NCBI GenBank assembly: GCA_036172245.1 | Contig: JAYWIR010000041.1 | Span: 1,364,001 to 1,428,000, forward strand | Length of the DNA stretch: 64,000 nucleotides | Source: Raillietiella orientalis | Lineage: Eukaryota | Direction: 5' to 3' | Part shown: piece after piece, positions 48,523-62,608 of the stretch | How positions within the stretch are numbered: position 1 is the first letter of the stretch | Layout of the letters: every line of letters begins with the position of its first letter | Position numbers and translations under genes: made by a program | Notes under the pieces: model-generated | Told to the model about the DNA's origin: nothing | Seen by the model: only the letters and a program-made list of their open reading frames with translations | Databases searched by the model: none

Positions 48523-51500
48523 CAGCCGTACTCTCTTTGTCTCCCCGTCTTCTCCCTTTCCACTGTACATCTTTCATTACATAGAAGGGAGCTAAAATTG
48601 GAAACTGCGCAGCTTCCCTTTGCTCTCGGAGCCTGCGATCCAGAGAGATTCCTTGTAAATTATTGTTGTTGTACGTCCCTCATCTGCCCCACGTCTCCTC
48701 ACGGAAGGATTTTCCGCAGGATCCTTCGTGGTGCCCGCGCTTGCAGTTGCGCCGCGTGGAGACTTCCCGCTGGGAGTCCGCGGGAAAGTTCACTTCAGGA
48801 ACCGAAGCGAACATCCGGATTTACTGACGGGAAGCTTCCGCGGCTAACCGATTCTCCGTGGCGACGGGAGGACGGGGACGAGGGAGGAATCTTAAAAGAC
48901 CTTCTCGACAACGGCTGGCAGCGGCGGATTCGGTTGGGGTGCCAGAACGCTCCGGCGACTCTGTCGGCACCTTCGCCGGGATTTCTTCGGTCTGCTCGTT
49001 CACGGCCTCGTCGGGAAGGTCTCTCGTCTGCTGCCCTGCATCCGGTAACCCCGAACGGCCTCCGCCAACCCGGAGGACACCTCCCCGACGCGCGTACCCT
49101 TCCGCGATGTCAATGATTCGCAAAACCTCTTAGCCTCACGGGGTGTCCCGCGAGCCGATAAATAGCGCGCGAAATTCTATCCCGAGCTTTCTCGCTCGGG
49201 ATAGAATCAGAGTTTCGGGTCAGAGCGGACGCTCCATCGCGCGGCCTGACCGAGGGTACGTCCTGCGCGTTTCCCACCGTACCATCGATGGCGAATCGTC
49301 CAGGGGAGTTACCACGGCAGCCCGGCTTTAGAAACAACGTCACTCCTTCTCATGAATTTGCTGACGTAATAACTCTCGGGACAAACGGTCGGTTCCTGAT
49401 TCTCTTAAGCAGCGGATCTTCTGCCGGCGGAACGGGTGAGAATGGGTGATGATCGTCGGAAGATCAGCGTCCAATCCGGTGGGAGGGAGTTCTTTAAACC
49501 GATGTTCATATCATGGAGGGCGTGGAAACGGTGCAAGTCGTGTTTGGACCCGTGGAGATGGAGGGCACACAACGCGTTGTTCTGCAGCTGCCCTTCAAGG
49601 GGATCGCAACGTCGGTGCATCGGTAGCATGATCACAGGAACAGCTAGACAACGACCGGGCGGTTCGAGATCTGGGAATTTATCGTTCGTACGTGGAAACT
49701 CATGGTTTCGTGTAGCGTATGATTTGAAAGACAGGGAGGATGCTGGTCACGTCGATCCAGTAGCGCTAACCATGACCAGGGAATGCTCCTTGACCAGCAA
49801 GTAACGCGAGCACGGAACCGGTTAAACATTCGCCTTAGCGTAGCCTCTGCAATCATGAGCCGTGGTAACGTGGGCTGGGAACGCGGCGCCCAACCGCCGT
49901 GGGTGGGTTCTGCAGAGACAAAAAGCATTCCCTCTACCCCTCGCTCGCATCTGGTGGGAGGGGTATGTCCGCTTTGAGGTCGCGAGCCTCCCCCCCCCCT
50001 CCCTTCCTCCCAAAGCCCACGCCTCCATCCCGTGGAGGCTGCGGGTGATCCCGGAAGCCCTTTAACCTCTTTCCTCCCCCTCATCCCCCATAAGTGGGCT
50101 TTCCTGTGTGGCCCGGGAACTCGCCCACATGCCTCGGAAACGAAGGGGCGGGATGGGGTAAGGGCGGGATTTTGCGTACAGCGGGCAGCGCCTTTCCCCC
50201 TCCCCGTCCCTATCCGATTGCTCTCTTCCCGTTCGTCTCTGACGAACGGGAGGAGTCCTGCTTTTTTCTTTTCTGTGTGTATGTTCTCTCTCGTTTTGCC
50301 TCGGACGCAGCAAAACCGACAGCTGCTGCCGTCGCTTCAGGTTTTTCCGCCTCGGTATGACTTTTCGGCCCTCGCGGGGGAGGATGGGAAGGGAGGAAAG
50401 GGCTGGCTGGCTGGCGTCGCCGTTCTGAGAGCGCATACGAGATCCCCAGATTTCTTTCTTCCCTCTGTCTCTCCCCGCCCACTCACGTGGAATAGCTGCC
50501 TCAGTTCGCACCTCGGGCGTCCTCCGAGAGGATCCTTCCCGTGTTTCTCTTGCTGCTGTGGCGAAGGGGGCGCGGGGCGCATCCGCGAAATGGCTCGCTC
50601 TGAGGAGGAATTCACCAAAGTAGCATTCCGGGAATCGCACGTACCGACTGCATTTCCCGTTTTTTTCTTTCGCGCAGTAGGTGGAGGGAGGATGGAAGTT
50701 CATGGTGAAAGATCTTCCGGCCGCCTCCGCGGAGGGGTGGGGGAGCGCGGAGTATCGGACTGGCAGTTTCGACCCCGGCGCACCGTTGCAGTGATGCGGG
50801 CGTGCAGAAAGCAGCCCTCTTCGCCAGGGCTGCGGACGTGACGCGGAAGAGCAGAACCCGTGGCAACGCCAATAAATCTTTCTGTTTGCCCCTGGAGGGC
50901 CCCGGATTGTCCCTTATCTCTTCTGAAGTGCCCCGTTTCCACCCGTCCCCGCTTTCCTGGCATTCCCTGTTCCAGCGCTTCTGGTCGTATCTCAAGACGC
51001 TTTTTTGCGATTTCGTGGCCTTCCTGGCCCCCCTCTCGTTCCCCGGAGGCGAGAAGCAACCCTCCTCGCCGAAGACGCTTCCTGAATCGCTTCCCCCCCC
51101 CACCCCCACGGAGAGCCGGAAACTTCTCACACCTTGCGCCGGGGCGTATTCATCTCCGTCTCGTCTTCCCGCAGCTTCGTCGCGGCCTGCAGTTCTGTCG
51201 AGGAATTTTCCTTCCCTGCTTTCTGCTCCCGAGTTCTCCTTTTCAGTTGTTCCCCCCTTCCCCCGTTTCTCAGCATTGTCCGAGGTGCATTGAAGACTCC
51301 TGTGTGGCTCCAGGAGCTAATCCCAAGAAGTGTTCCTTCTCCTTTTACTGCTGCTGCTGCGGCATTGTGCGTTGCGTTGTTTGGTTTCTCTGTTGTTCGT
51401 CGCCCGAAGATTGCGAGTCGCTCGGAATGGACGAATTCCGCGGAGTTTCGGACAAGAGGAGCGTACCGAAGGGCACTCTTTTTTCTTTTTTTCCCGTGCG

Positions 51501-52409
51501 TGTGTGTGCTTGGCACTTCTGTATGCAAGACGAGTCGTGAAATATACATCGCGGTAGCGGTTTACTGGCAGCCGCAGGATTCGGCACAAGCCCTCCTTTG
51601 TTTGTTCTGCTCTCTGCAGATCCATTTGAGCATGCGGATCTGCCGCAACTCATCATCCAGTTATAAGGCACATTAGCAATGCAACACGATTGCTCCATTT
51701 GCTCCCCCAAGTCTTTCGATTTTAAGGAGACGCTTCTCCAAAATATCGATACTCTAGCCGCAGGTATGCCAGTTTTTTTTTTTTTTTTTTTCTTTTTCAA
51801 TAAACAGGAAGAAAGAAGGAAAATGAACGAAAGAGAGGCGTTTCTGTAGGTAGGGCTCTCGGTCACGCTGGTCAGGAGGAGGCGTGCCTTCGGATGCTTG
51901 GCATCGGACTTTCCGTGAAAGAAACGCGCCACTTTGGCGAGGAAGAATGAGAATATCGAACGGTGCTGTTACTCGTGGAGCCGATGTTGGCATCCCTTTT
52001 CCCACCGTTGGACCGTCGGTGCTGCGGGATGAAATGGCTGTCGTTAACGACAGCCAGGAAAAAAAAAAAACTTCCTCAACTGAACGTTCCAGATGAACGC
52101 GGTTTGCGCATCCTACCGCCCTCACTCGATCAGCTGATGATGCCCTGTTTGGTTGTTTGCGTGCGTGCGCTCTCTACGAAACGTGTTTCGCCCTTCTAAC
52201 TCATTACTTTTTTTTAAAAAAAAAATAAAAATCCCCGGTTCGTTGGTAGAACTGCCAGTCGTTCATGTGTTGCGGATACATCTTTTCCCGAGGACAGCCC
52301 GTCCTACGCTCCACTTCAGCGTGCACCAATGTCGCTCGTTCCAGCTTCTCGTTGCCAGCCTTATCACTGGGCACCGTGGACGTTCGTACTGCTGCTGCTG
52401 TACTCGCGT

Positions 52410-52437
52410 GCACGCACGCACGCACGCACGCACGCAC
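52410..52437. repeat. (GCAC)7 microsatellite
   Basis: Direct reading. Confidence 0.92.
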
Positions 52438-53463
52438 ACGCACCCTGCTCGGATGAGAAAGCGGCGGGCGCGCGCCCTCGCGTTCCTCCCGATGCGTGCT
52501 CGGGGCTGCATGTTTGGCGGACCTGGCACTCCGTCCCGCAACCCTCGGTTCGGTACGGGAAGACGACCGGCCCCGGATTTTCAGTGGTCCAGGATTTCGC
52601 GCCGTTCCTTTCGCGCGCGCTCTCCGGTTTACCCCGATGCCCTGCGTCTGGGATTGCCCGGATTTCGCTTGTCCTGGCGATTGGCAGCGGTCTCTTCCGC
52701 TTATAAAGCCTTGAGCGACTAATCAAACCAGATTGATGAGAGCGTGATCTCGCTGCTCCTCTGCGCTCCGTTCCATCCGTGCCGTTTGATTAATCTGCTT
52801 GTCAGAGCCTCGAAAGTTACCTCGTTGGTAAATAATAATGTCTGACGTTTGTTCTCTGGGAAACATATGAGCAGATCATCAGCTGCTGCTAAATAATTCC
52901 ATGAAAGTGGATTATCTTGAGGGGTCGATCTCCAGCGCTGGCCCTATTAACCTGGAAGAAGAGGTTAAATAAAAGATATCTGTAACCAGATCTCCTTTGG
53001 TTGCCGTATTTGGTTTTTGGTTTTTGTCTGTGGGGACCTCGTGGTGTCCGCAGATAAGAAGAGATCAGACAGAATAAGAGATCTGCCTCGTTTGTTGTTG
53101 CGTAGACGCGATTTTCTCGCAGAATGATTCGGACCTCAGCAGTTTCTTAAGGATTTGGAAGAAAGGGCTGAACGAGGTTTGCGATGCCTAGGGGAGCTGC
53201 AAACATCGCGGCGCCTTCCTCTCTGTTGGAACTCCTGGGTTTCCTGCTGAGGATGTTTCCTCTGAAGATACCATTCCTGACCTCGCCGCACCGTTACTGA
53301 CCTCGCTCGCTCGAACCATTGCGCCTTTCCGTGCTTCTTGCCATCTTCTTACGTCTGCATACAGAAGCTAAGATGTTGACGCTGCTGATTTTTCCTTTTG
53401 TTTTTTTTGTTGTTGTCGAATTTTCGGTTTTCGATTATGGTGTTTCAATGTTTGATGTTTTAG

Positions 53464-53590
53464 GTGTACACCGAAATCCGGATGTTTGAATGCAACAGTC
53501 GATTCTCCCAGATGGCTGACGTTCGGTCAGCATTGCATCGACTTCGAAAACGTCACCCCATACAAAATACCTATCACTGTGATGACAACG
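53464..53590 (+). CDS. PlexB: Plexin-B coding exon 4: end of PSI 1 and start of IPT/TIG 1
   Basis: ttttag|G then CTPKSGCLNATVDSPRWLTFGQHCIDFENVTPYKIPITVMTT|gtgaga. Phase 2 matches exon 3 and completes the CGWC...C...C PSI pattern. Confidence 0.93.
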
Positions 53591-56285
53591 GTGAGATTTA
53601 TTTATTTGAAGCAACAGCTGCAAGAAACCCTGCATTGATTCGATTGGTTTTAATGCAATCTCACTGTTTTCGCGGTGCTGTTGAGAGCACTGTTCGCGCT
53701 ACCACGCCGTGATGTTGTTCAAACCGATGGAGCCTTGTTCGGTGATGTTCGAACCGATTCGAACCGCCTTGTTAAATCCCAACAGATTGTCGGTTGATTC
53801 CTTTTGCCCCAAGGTACTCTGATCTGAAATTTTTGTATTCTTGCTGTACAGTGAGTGCGTTTTGATTTCTGTTGGCTCCCAGCGTCATAATTTTTCCAAG
53901 ACAATCTTCGAGAATTTTCCGAAGCACGAGGGATCATTAATTTTCAGTGTTTCTCCATGCTTGCATAATATGTGGAACCAATGATAGTGTAATAATGCTA
54001 AAAATTATTTTACATTATTTGTGTGTCTGTTCGGTTAGTGACTGCAGTGCGAGTGATCACGGAAGTGACTTTGTAAATGCACTGGTGCGAAAGGATGCGT
54101 GACTGGGATGGCAGTTTCGTCTGTCTTTCGGATGTGCCTCCTCTCCATATTAACGGCAACCTCAGCTTCCGCAGTAGCAGGCAGGCTGGATTCTCGAGAC
54201 GGGAAACGGTCCCATGCATTCGAGCTGAAGGACCTCGGATAACCTGTGGGAGCAGCGAGTGCGGTTGGGCACCTCCGTTCTAGCAGGGGCCTGCCGAACG
54301 AATTCGACCAAGTTTGCCCGTTGTTTCTTCCGACCATGTGTTGCATCGTATCCGGTTTTTCGTGACCCCCCCCCCCCCCCCCACTGTGACGTCTTGCAAG
54401 GGACACACGCGAGCCATCGTTCTATATGCATCAGCACGTTGCTGAGCGCGCGCACTCGCAGGAGAACACTTAATCCGGATAACACGGTATCTTTTCCCGT
54501 CGCCGGGTAACCGCGCCGGAAACAAAGGAAAAAAAACACGTGCCTTCCAACGTGGGTGTTAGGCCGAAGGTTGCCCCTGAGAAGAACAAATTGTTTCATT
54601 ATGATTTCCTTCATCGCCGCCCTCATCTTCCATCGCTCCCCCCAGGAAGTCCTGTCTTTGGACCTTGGACTACTGTCCAAGACCCGAAGCGCTTCTCTCC
54701 CAGCTTCTGGAGTCCTAACGCGATCCAGCTCGGAGGGGATCACTTCAAGACGTGTTCCATCCGCCTCGACCCTCGTGAGAGTGCATGTGCCAGTTCTTCC
54801 ACTTTCGCTCGGTACCCCCACGTCACGTGCATTCGTCAACACGTTTTTTATCGTTTCCAGCCCCTCTCCTTACTTCTTTGGAGAACTTTTGTCTTCCCTT
54901 CGCTTTCAAACTTGAAAAAACAAACGCCTTCACGCATTCTGCTGAGTTTCCCATGCTGCGCATTGGTGCCTGCTTCCTGTGCTCGCGATCTCTTTGCGTC
55001 CTGTGCGCGTTCAGCGGTCTTTTCTCTTAGAGTGATTTGTTAGGTCGGCACGTAGGAAGAAGTGTTGTTGCTTGCTGAGCAAAGTCGTCGAATTTTGCGA
55101 TCCACCTCTGTCGTGGCTCATCTCTGTCAACCCTGTCATCTCTGTTTCGCGGTGAAGTCACTTCACACGAGCTTGTGCTCACCTGTGCTGTCAGTGGTGG
55201 AAGTTTCCAGTTCAATACGTGCACATGCAGTTTGGTTCTGCATTCTATTAAACGACCCCATACACCTCAGTGAGCTTCCATTGGTTCTCTTGCCCGCTCA
55301 AACCCAAACCCACCAAACCATCTTCACTTTTATGTGGCAGCGTTTTGTTTTGCTTTTCTTTTTTTTTTCAAAAAAAAAAAAAAAAAGCAATTACGTGTAT
55401 AATTATGTGTATATTCATGCAAGAATTTTCTTTCGATCAGAGGTCTCTCTGCCAGTGAGTGCACCCAATACTTCGGTAAAGATTGCTTTATTTTGCAGCT
55501 GAAGGGACGAAATCACGCTTCACCTTTTTGCGGTTCTCTAGATCTTTTCAAATTTCCAGCACGAATCTTTTACCGGGCTGGGTAATCTATTTCCAAAAAG
55601 TCCGACTTTCTGCATAGACTTGACGTTAACGATACTGTGAAGGAACCACACGGCCTGGATGTCACTAGAGTTCGGGAATGAATAATGGATGAATTGGATC
55701 ATCGTTTGATTTGTTGGCGGTTCGGCCATGGATGTTTGCATAATCGAAGCACTGCTTCATCCAATTCGGACCATGGTTTCCGCCTCGTGCATCCAATTCG
55801 GACCCCACGATTCTAAACAAGCTGTAAAACACACACACAACAGGGTTGTGTGCTGTGCGCGAATGTGCCTTTTCCGACTTTACGATACGATTCATTCCCG
55901 AAAATCTGAAGGTCTTAGAATTTCCTTGGCGCTTTCGAGGCCAAATCGGAGTTCCCGTGTTTGCTTGCAGCATCCCAAATGTTTGAGGACTGCTGAAGCT
56001 CTTCGGTCCGACGATATACCAGAGATTGCTGGCGCCACATGCTCGCGCAGATGTCTTCTGACGCGGCGAGATCTGTTGCTTTGCTTATGCTAACGGATTT
56101 ATGCTTTTTGGGAGGTGAATCCGTCGTACCAGAGGTCCATTCGATGGACATTTGCTTTTGCCGTCGGCCGTGGAAACGTTCGCTCGCGCTCGTTATTGTT
56201 CATCTCGGAAATCTCTCGCTATGCTGATGTTGTTGGGATTTATCTTCGGTGACAATCGTGACCAACTGTTTTTAATTGGTTCCAG

Positions 56286-56651
56286 ATAGAGCTAAGGATT
56301 CGCACTCTCCCTGGTCTGCCATATGGATCCCAGTATCGTTGCGTCTTTGGAGATTTGCCTGCCATGAACGCAACGGTCACGGCGAACGGATTGCTGTGTC
56401 CGTCTCCTCCGGTGAACCAGCGGCCTCGTATTCCCGCAGGGAACGATCACATCAGCGTCCCTTTGTCAGTGCGTTCCTCCGAAACACAGAAAGACTTTGT
56501 CAGCCGGGATTTCATCTTCTACGACTGTTCCCACCACACCACTTGCATGTCATGCGTGACTTCCAGGTGGGCCTGCAACTGGTGCGTTTATGGAAATCGA
56601 TGCACTCATAACATCACATCGTGCCACAGGACTATCATCGTAGGAGTCAAC
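56286..56651 (+). CDS. PlexB: Plexin-B coding exon 5: IPT/TIG 1 and PSI 2
   Basis: ttccag|IELRIRTLPGLPYGSQYRCVFG...VPLSVRSSETQKDFVSRDFIFYDCSHHTTCMSCVTSRWACNWC...|gtacgt. 366 nt, phase 0-0. Confidence 0.95.
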
Positions 56652-59600
56652 GTACGTATATTTTTGGCTACTTTTTGCCTAGCAGCGATGCGTTTCGTGC
56701 TGATATGAGGTCTCGCGGCTTCCGTTGACTTCGATTCGTCTCCCCGGAGTTTTCTTTCCAATCTCCAGAGGATTGAATTTTCGTCTCAGCTTCATTGCTT
56801 CCTTTCCTGTCGACTTCCAAAGACTGCAGCTGGAAACCTCGTCTTTCTCTGGTCAGCACTTGCTGCGACGGTTTTCAAAATTCTTCGCCATGTTCTGTTC
56901 CGAAATCATGCCGTTGCTGCAGGTTACCATTTGCGTCTTTCACCTTCTGCAGGCAGCCTTTCCAAGAAATCCGTGGCTTCTGTTTGCGACGCGGCAACTT
57001 CCGAAGCCTGTTTCTTGCTCGGGAATCCTTCAGTGCCTCTCTAGAAAGTCCTTTCCTCCTGCAGTGATAGCAAACCAAGCGAAGAAGACCGAAAAGGAAA
57101 CGGGGGTGTGCACTGGAACAGCAGACTGCACGGTGCACAGGTCCCCATTTGGGAGGAAAATGCAGTAGTCTCGGCGCGTGATGCGTTGTTTCAACGACTA
57201 GCCGGTAGGATTGTCTGAGCACGCCATTAGGAAGAATTGTCTAGCGTGATTCACGGACTCGCTGGCTGACATGTAAGTACCGTACCGGAACGCACAAGTA
57301 CAGGATGAGGCGCACGATGAGCGGCTACACTGATGAGGTGTCTCGATGACGTTCGTCTTCCCCTAGATTCGTTTTGGCGAACTTTTGCCTCCTTGGGTTG
57401 CCTCAGCAACCTTCATTAGGAGTCCCTGCTGTATTTCAGCCTCGATATTCTGTATTTGCGGCTATTTGCAGGAGCATCTCCCGTGTCCACACCCGTGGTT
57501 TGGTTATGATTCTAATTAGAACCCCATTCCCGAATGTTTATTCTAAAAGAGGTGTGCGGACGGGTCTTATGTGGGTTTTCATTTCCTGCAACTTGTATGA
57601 TAAAACCTGGATGGTAGCTACGCAGCCAAAGCTGTTCACCTTTCGTTCAGTGCTGTCCTGAGTTCAAAGACAGGTGTCATCACAGAAGGGAGAACATCAC
57701 TCAGCTGGGCGTCCTGTCGGATTCAACAAGTCAAAGATAATTTTAGGGGCAAAATGCGAATTGTAAATTGGTGTTTTCGTTCAGGGAGAATTGTAAAGGA
57801 AAGCTGAGTCCAAGCAGTGGCCGTATCTCGAGAAATTCGTACGCATTTCCCGAAGTGCCATTTCCTCTCGGGCTGAGCAAGGGATGCAGTTGGTCGTGAG
57901 CTCTGCAGACTTTTCTTGCGCTTAAGCCTTTCCTGTTCATGCGAGGAGCGGGTGCTTCCTTGTCCAGGTTTTTCCGTAGAAAGAAATGAAACCGGTGCTT
58001 GGGAGTGCAGTTCGCGGGAAAAAATTCGTTTGGCAAACCTGCGATCCGTGCAGCAAGAAGTGTTCGGGAAATCCAATGATCTTTCCATGCGGTGTGATCC
58101 GCCCACGAAATTTGCCGCTTGACCGAAAAGCTGCAGCCTTCAAACGATCCACAGCATGCGCCATCACTTGAAGGTGGGATGAAGAAGAAGAATGCCTTCA
58201 TCAGGACATTCAGAGTACACGAAAGGAAGCTGTCCTTCGGTCTCGTGGCAACCGTGCGGACGCTGCGCGTTTGTCGTTCCACCGATGAGGAAGTGCAGAG
58301 GCTGTGGTCTCCCGATTTCGGAAACCATGGATTCCATTAGCCCTTGCCTTACACCAGATCCGGACAAGTCCAGCTGAATCGAAACTTCCGACCGGTGGAT
58401 GTTCGATTTCGATCTGCGAGGAAGTAAAAGATTATTCCCAGATGGTCCATGTTTCTGTTGAAGCTATCGGTTCTCTTTACCACTTGTAGACTCTCAGCTG
58501 ATGCTTTTATCTGTGTATTGAGCAGGTGTTTCACTCGTGACGCTAAATTAAGTGTGCTCTCCATGAGAAAATTGGTACTCCGCATCATGCTGAAACCGTG
58601 CTTAAGCGAACTTTGTAAACCTGGAGATCCGAAACGGTGGAGCATGCGGAAGCCGGAATCCTCCTTTCGTGGACCGAGTATATGCAAGGAAAAGAAGAAA
58701 CCCTGAGGGGCGTAGCAGAGGAAACAAAACGCCCACCGTGTTTTGTGGTGTCCAGCCTCGGCTGTCCAAAAAGGCTACGCAGAGCATGATCTTGCACGGA
58801 TGGTATTTTCCTTAGGAAGAATCTCTTTTTTTCACCATGCGCTGTGGATTCGCCACGGAGGACATCCGAGAAGGATTCATGAAAATCGCTTTGCTATTTG
58901 TTATTTTCGGATTGATTCGAGCAATTTATCATTTATATCGTGATGCTGAATCATGTAACATGGGGGAAAGCTCGGAGTCGAGTATCTCGCCAAAGGTGCG
59001 TCTTTCAGATGGCCCGCTGGCGAAAAATCCAGCATTTGGGAATGTCCTGCAAAATCGAAATTCTCGAAACTCCTTTGTTCATCCAAAGTTGGGCCTTGTA
59101 AGATTCGTGCCCGTGACTTTCAAGAGCCCTGTTTGTGAGGGAGGGAAATCTCACCACCCTTTCTAGGGGAGATGACTTCCCAAGAAGTAGTCGTTGTGCG
59201 ACCGGGATCGCAAACAAATCCCATGAGTCGGTGCTAAGCAGCTGTGCGTACTGAAGGAAGTCATACATTTTTAAACGTTCGTTCCAAATTTCATGGCCGA
59301 TGCAACAGTGCAGATCACATTTCAGATGGTAGCCATACGCTTCTGCTCGTCTTTGCTTACGATCTCATTAAATACCGTGTAATCTCTTCCTCCTCTTTTT
59401 TTCTCGGAAGAAGACAATTCAAGACTCAAGAGAAAGAAAAGCTGCCGTATTCAAGCTTTTATGAATTTTCGCGTCTTTCAGAGGCAGTGCTTCTAAGTGG
59501 GAAATTGTGGCCGCTGGAAATGTGAGGAGTCAGAACACAGCGGCGTTAACACACACAGTTTCATGCGCGTTCCTTTTGTTCCTTTCTGTGAAAGTCCGGC

Positions 59601-59987
59601 TGGCGGAGCCAAGAAGTGCGCCGTCGCAGGTGCCGGCGTGCTGCCGGGTCAAAACGTTTGGGTCTCCTGCTGAAAGAAGAAGTCGGTAGAAGAGGTCGTT
59701 GGGGTTCCTGTTGCATTACCTTACATAGACGTGGGGTAAGAAACGTGCATGTGATTGCGGCCGAGGAGTTGGAACTTTTCAAAGGAGAGAATTCTCAGAG
59801 ATGGATTCCCCTGAATTTTCCCTTTTCTCCAAGTGTTTGCACTGCCTGACAATCGGGCGTCCCTACACAGAGCGTACAGAAGATTTCATTCGAATTGTAC
59901 ACAGTTTCCCTCCGGTGGCAAAGTGGCACGCGTTTTGAATCCATTTAGTTGTGTTAATTTTAGATTAACCTCGGTCCTGTTTTTCAG

Positions 59988-60224
59988 AATCCCGTCCAAC
60001 TTCCCTCCCGAGGACAGCAGTTCTGCCCCCACTTTGTTGATCCGAATGAGGAAATCCTCATCCCAAACGGAATCAAGAGTGAAATAGTCCTTCCTGCGCA
60101 CAGCTTGCCCCGCCCCGAAGTGGGGCACATTGGATTCCAATGCTTGATTGCAATAGAAGGAGCTAAGATGATTGTTCCAGCCAGGGTTAATTTCGAGCAA
60201 CAGGTCATCTGCGAGGAGACTACG
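59988..60224 (+). CDS. PlexB: Plexin-B coding exon 6: IPT/TIG 2
   Basis: ttttcag|NPVQLPSRGQQFCPHF...EILIPNG...GFQCLIAIEGAKMIVPARV...VICEETT|gtgagt. 237 nt, phase 0-0. Confidence 0.94.
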
Positions 60225-61496
60225 GTGAGTCCACAAAAAGCGTTTCCTAGGGTTAAGTATTATCTTTTCCTAAATAGATTTGTCAGCTGCTCTTAATCTT
60301 TTTTTTGTTTTTCTTTTTCTTCTTCTTTGGAAGGAGAGTTTCAATCTAAGCCTCTCACGTGCAGCATCTGTTTATGAGTGTTGATAAGGCGTACTCTGAC
60401 CGAATCTAGAACACCAGAGGATTCGAGGATGCGGCTGAGGAGTCTGCGCGTTTGCAAGATGCTTCCCAAGTGAAGAAAAAAAAAAAAAGGAAGTTGATCG
60501 CTGTGAGTCCGGAAGGATATTTATCCTTCATGGAACACGCACTCATTCGCGGACTCGCAGCGGTCTCCTCTTGGAGCCAAGAAAAAAAACAAATAGATTT
60601 CGCGGGGTTTTGCTTTTTTGGCAGACGGGCGAACGAAGGACATCCTCACAGTAAAGATAGATCTGCGTTCGTGGAAGAAGCTCTTAGCGTGTGCTGATTG
60701 ACAATTTTTTTTTTTGCTGCGAGGGAATCGGTGGCTGTTCTCGAGCCCTTCTCTCTGCTCCCAGCAGTCGGGTGGCTGAGCAATCCTGTGCGTTCGCTTC
60801 CCTGATTTGTGTGCTCCGAAGAACGTGGGTGCTGCTTATCCGAGGGAAGATGCATGAAATTCCTCAGTGGTAACGCGTGGGGGATCCGCGAATTTATCGC
60901 GCGAACATTAAGCTTAATGATGCTGGGCTATAAAACGAACATCGTCTTTCCCTTTCATCTCAGAGAAGAATGTGTTGTGAATGCCAAGCTTCTTTCAGCC
61001 TGCACCAAACCCAGTGATCACACCAATTGTTCCGTAGGAGATTCCTTTTTTTTTGTGTGTGTTTTCCCGTGTTTTTGTTGCCAGGACGAATTCCCTCGAG
61101 TCCCCAGATCAAAAAGAAAAGCGACTCCATTGAGCATAGGCCGAGCGATCGAATAAGATTGCATTTCGTCGAAACGCTTTCAAATTCGAGAAATCCTTGT
61201 GGGAATGCACGACCCAGGAGTGTCGTAAACACCGAGCCAGTTTCCTCTTCTGTCCCTTATCGTGGCGAAATAAGCCAACGGCTGATTTCTTGGAAGCTTT
61301 CAGCTCTTTCATCAGCATGAAAGGAAGACCCGAAAGTTGACAGTGAGACAAGCGACAGACTGTTCGACACATGAAAAAAAAAAAAAAAAAATCCCATTCC
61401 GTTGCTTTAAAATCGTTTCGATCTCAATGTGGTGGTGGTCGTGGTGGCCCTCGGTCATGAGTACGTAAGATATGTGACCAAACTCCCGCTCTGTAT

Positions 61497-62608
61497 CTAA
61501 GGTAATTCACAGCACAGCAACAAGCAATAGAGAATATGGATTTCTGGCGGGAGGAACTGCCGCAGTACCATCGTGTATTCTTGTTGGTTCGGCAACCGTA
61601 CGTAGTGAGCCCCCGTATAACGCGGATTCGTGTGACACGACCGAAAAATGGCGACAGTCTCGTATAAGGCGGGTGGCCGACCCGTATGACTCTGTGGATG
61701 TATCTCCATTTTGTGGCACAGCGTCAGCTGAGAGAGGGAGAGAGCACGAACGTGCGCCTTTTTCGTTTCATCCAGATTTTCGTGAGTAGAGTAGCTCGCG
61801 AAACATCTTTCCACAACGAGGATCTGGAACTATAGAGTCGTTGCAATTGATTAAATATCAAGAGCACTCGAAAAGCTTTTCTTTTTCTTACTTCATGGTA
61901 AATAACAAGTAAGCTCTTGTAAGTTTTTCCTTGTTCCAAACCAAATAATAAATGTCTTGCTGTTTAAGACCCACAATTCTACTACTTAAGATGTTATATC
62001 TTTTGTAAGTACTATCGTATTATCCATGTGTAGACCACATCCCTCGTATAATGCGTGCCCCTTTCCTTATACGGGCGCCTACTGTATATCCATTCTTTTT
62101 TGGTGAAGAAGAAGAAAGAATGAAAGAAAAAAGGAAGGTTGTTGAATCGAGGATCGATCGTTTCTTCCGGGCTCTTCAGGTCTCATAGAGTTTGGTAGTT
62201 TAGAAATCCAAATTATGGAACCGTTTCTGGCAAGCTGGGTTCGAGCAAAACTCGCTTCCTGTGTAAGAACATAAGTGGATCACATGTGTGTACGGATAAG
62301 TAACGCGTGACTCCAGCTGTCGCTAGGATCCTCACAATAGCTTCATTATCCAGGTGCTTCTGTATCACTTTTGCAATCTCCTTGTCTTTTCTCATAATCA
62401 CGTCGGGAACATCAGGGATGAATTTCCAAAAGCCTGCGTACTTTTCGTCCGCCGTATAGAATGCGGTGATAAAGGGATTTTCACATTCAAACTTCGATTT
62501 CTGTTCTGGACCAAAACAATGCATTGTGACCGGAACAGAACCAAGGTTTCGGTGTTTCGGTAAATCAGGCAAGATCACATGAGTTGCTCCTGCTCTTGTT
62601 CTTCTTCT
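61497..62608 (-). CDS. Candidate two-exon segment of an unidentified antisense gene nested in Plexin-B intron 6
   Basis: Open frame ~62608-62222 (KFECENPFITAFYTADEKYAGFWKFIPDVPDVIMRKDKEIAKVIQKHLDNEAIVRILATAG) with globular composition. It can join in phase 0 across an AT-rich gt...tatag intron (62221-61830) to an open frame from 61829 (FQILVVERCF...). The donor is weak. Confidence 0.4.
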
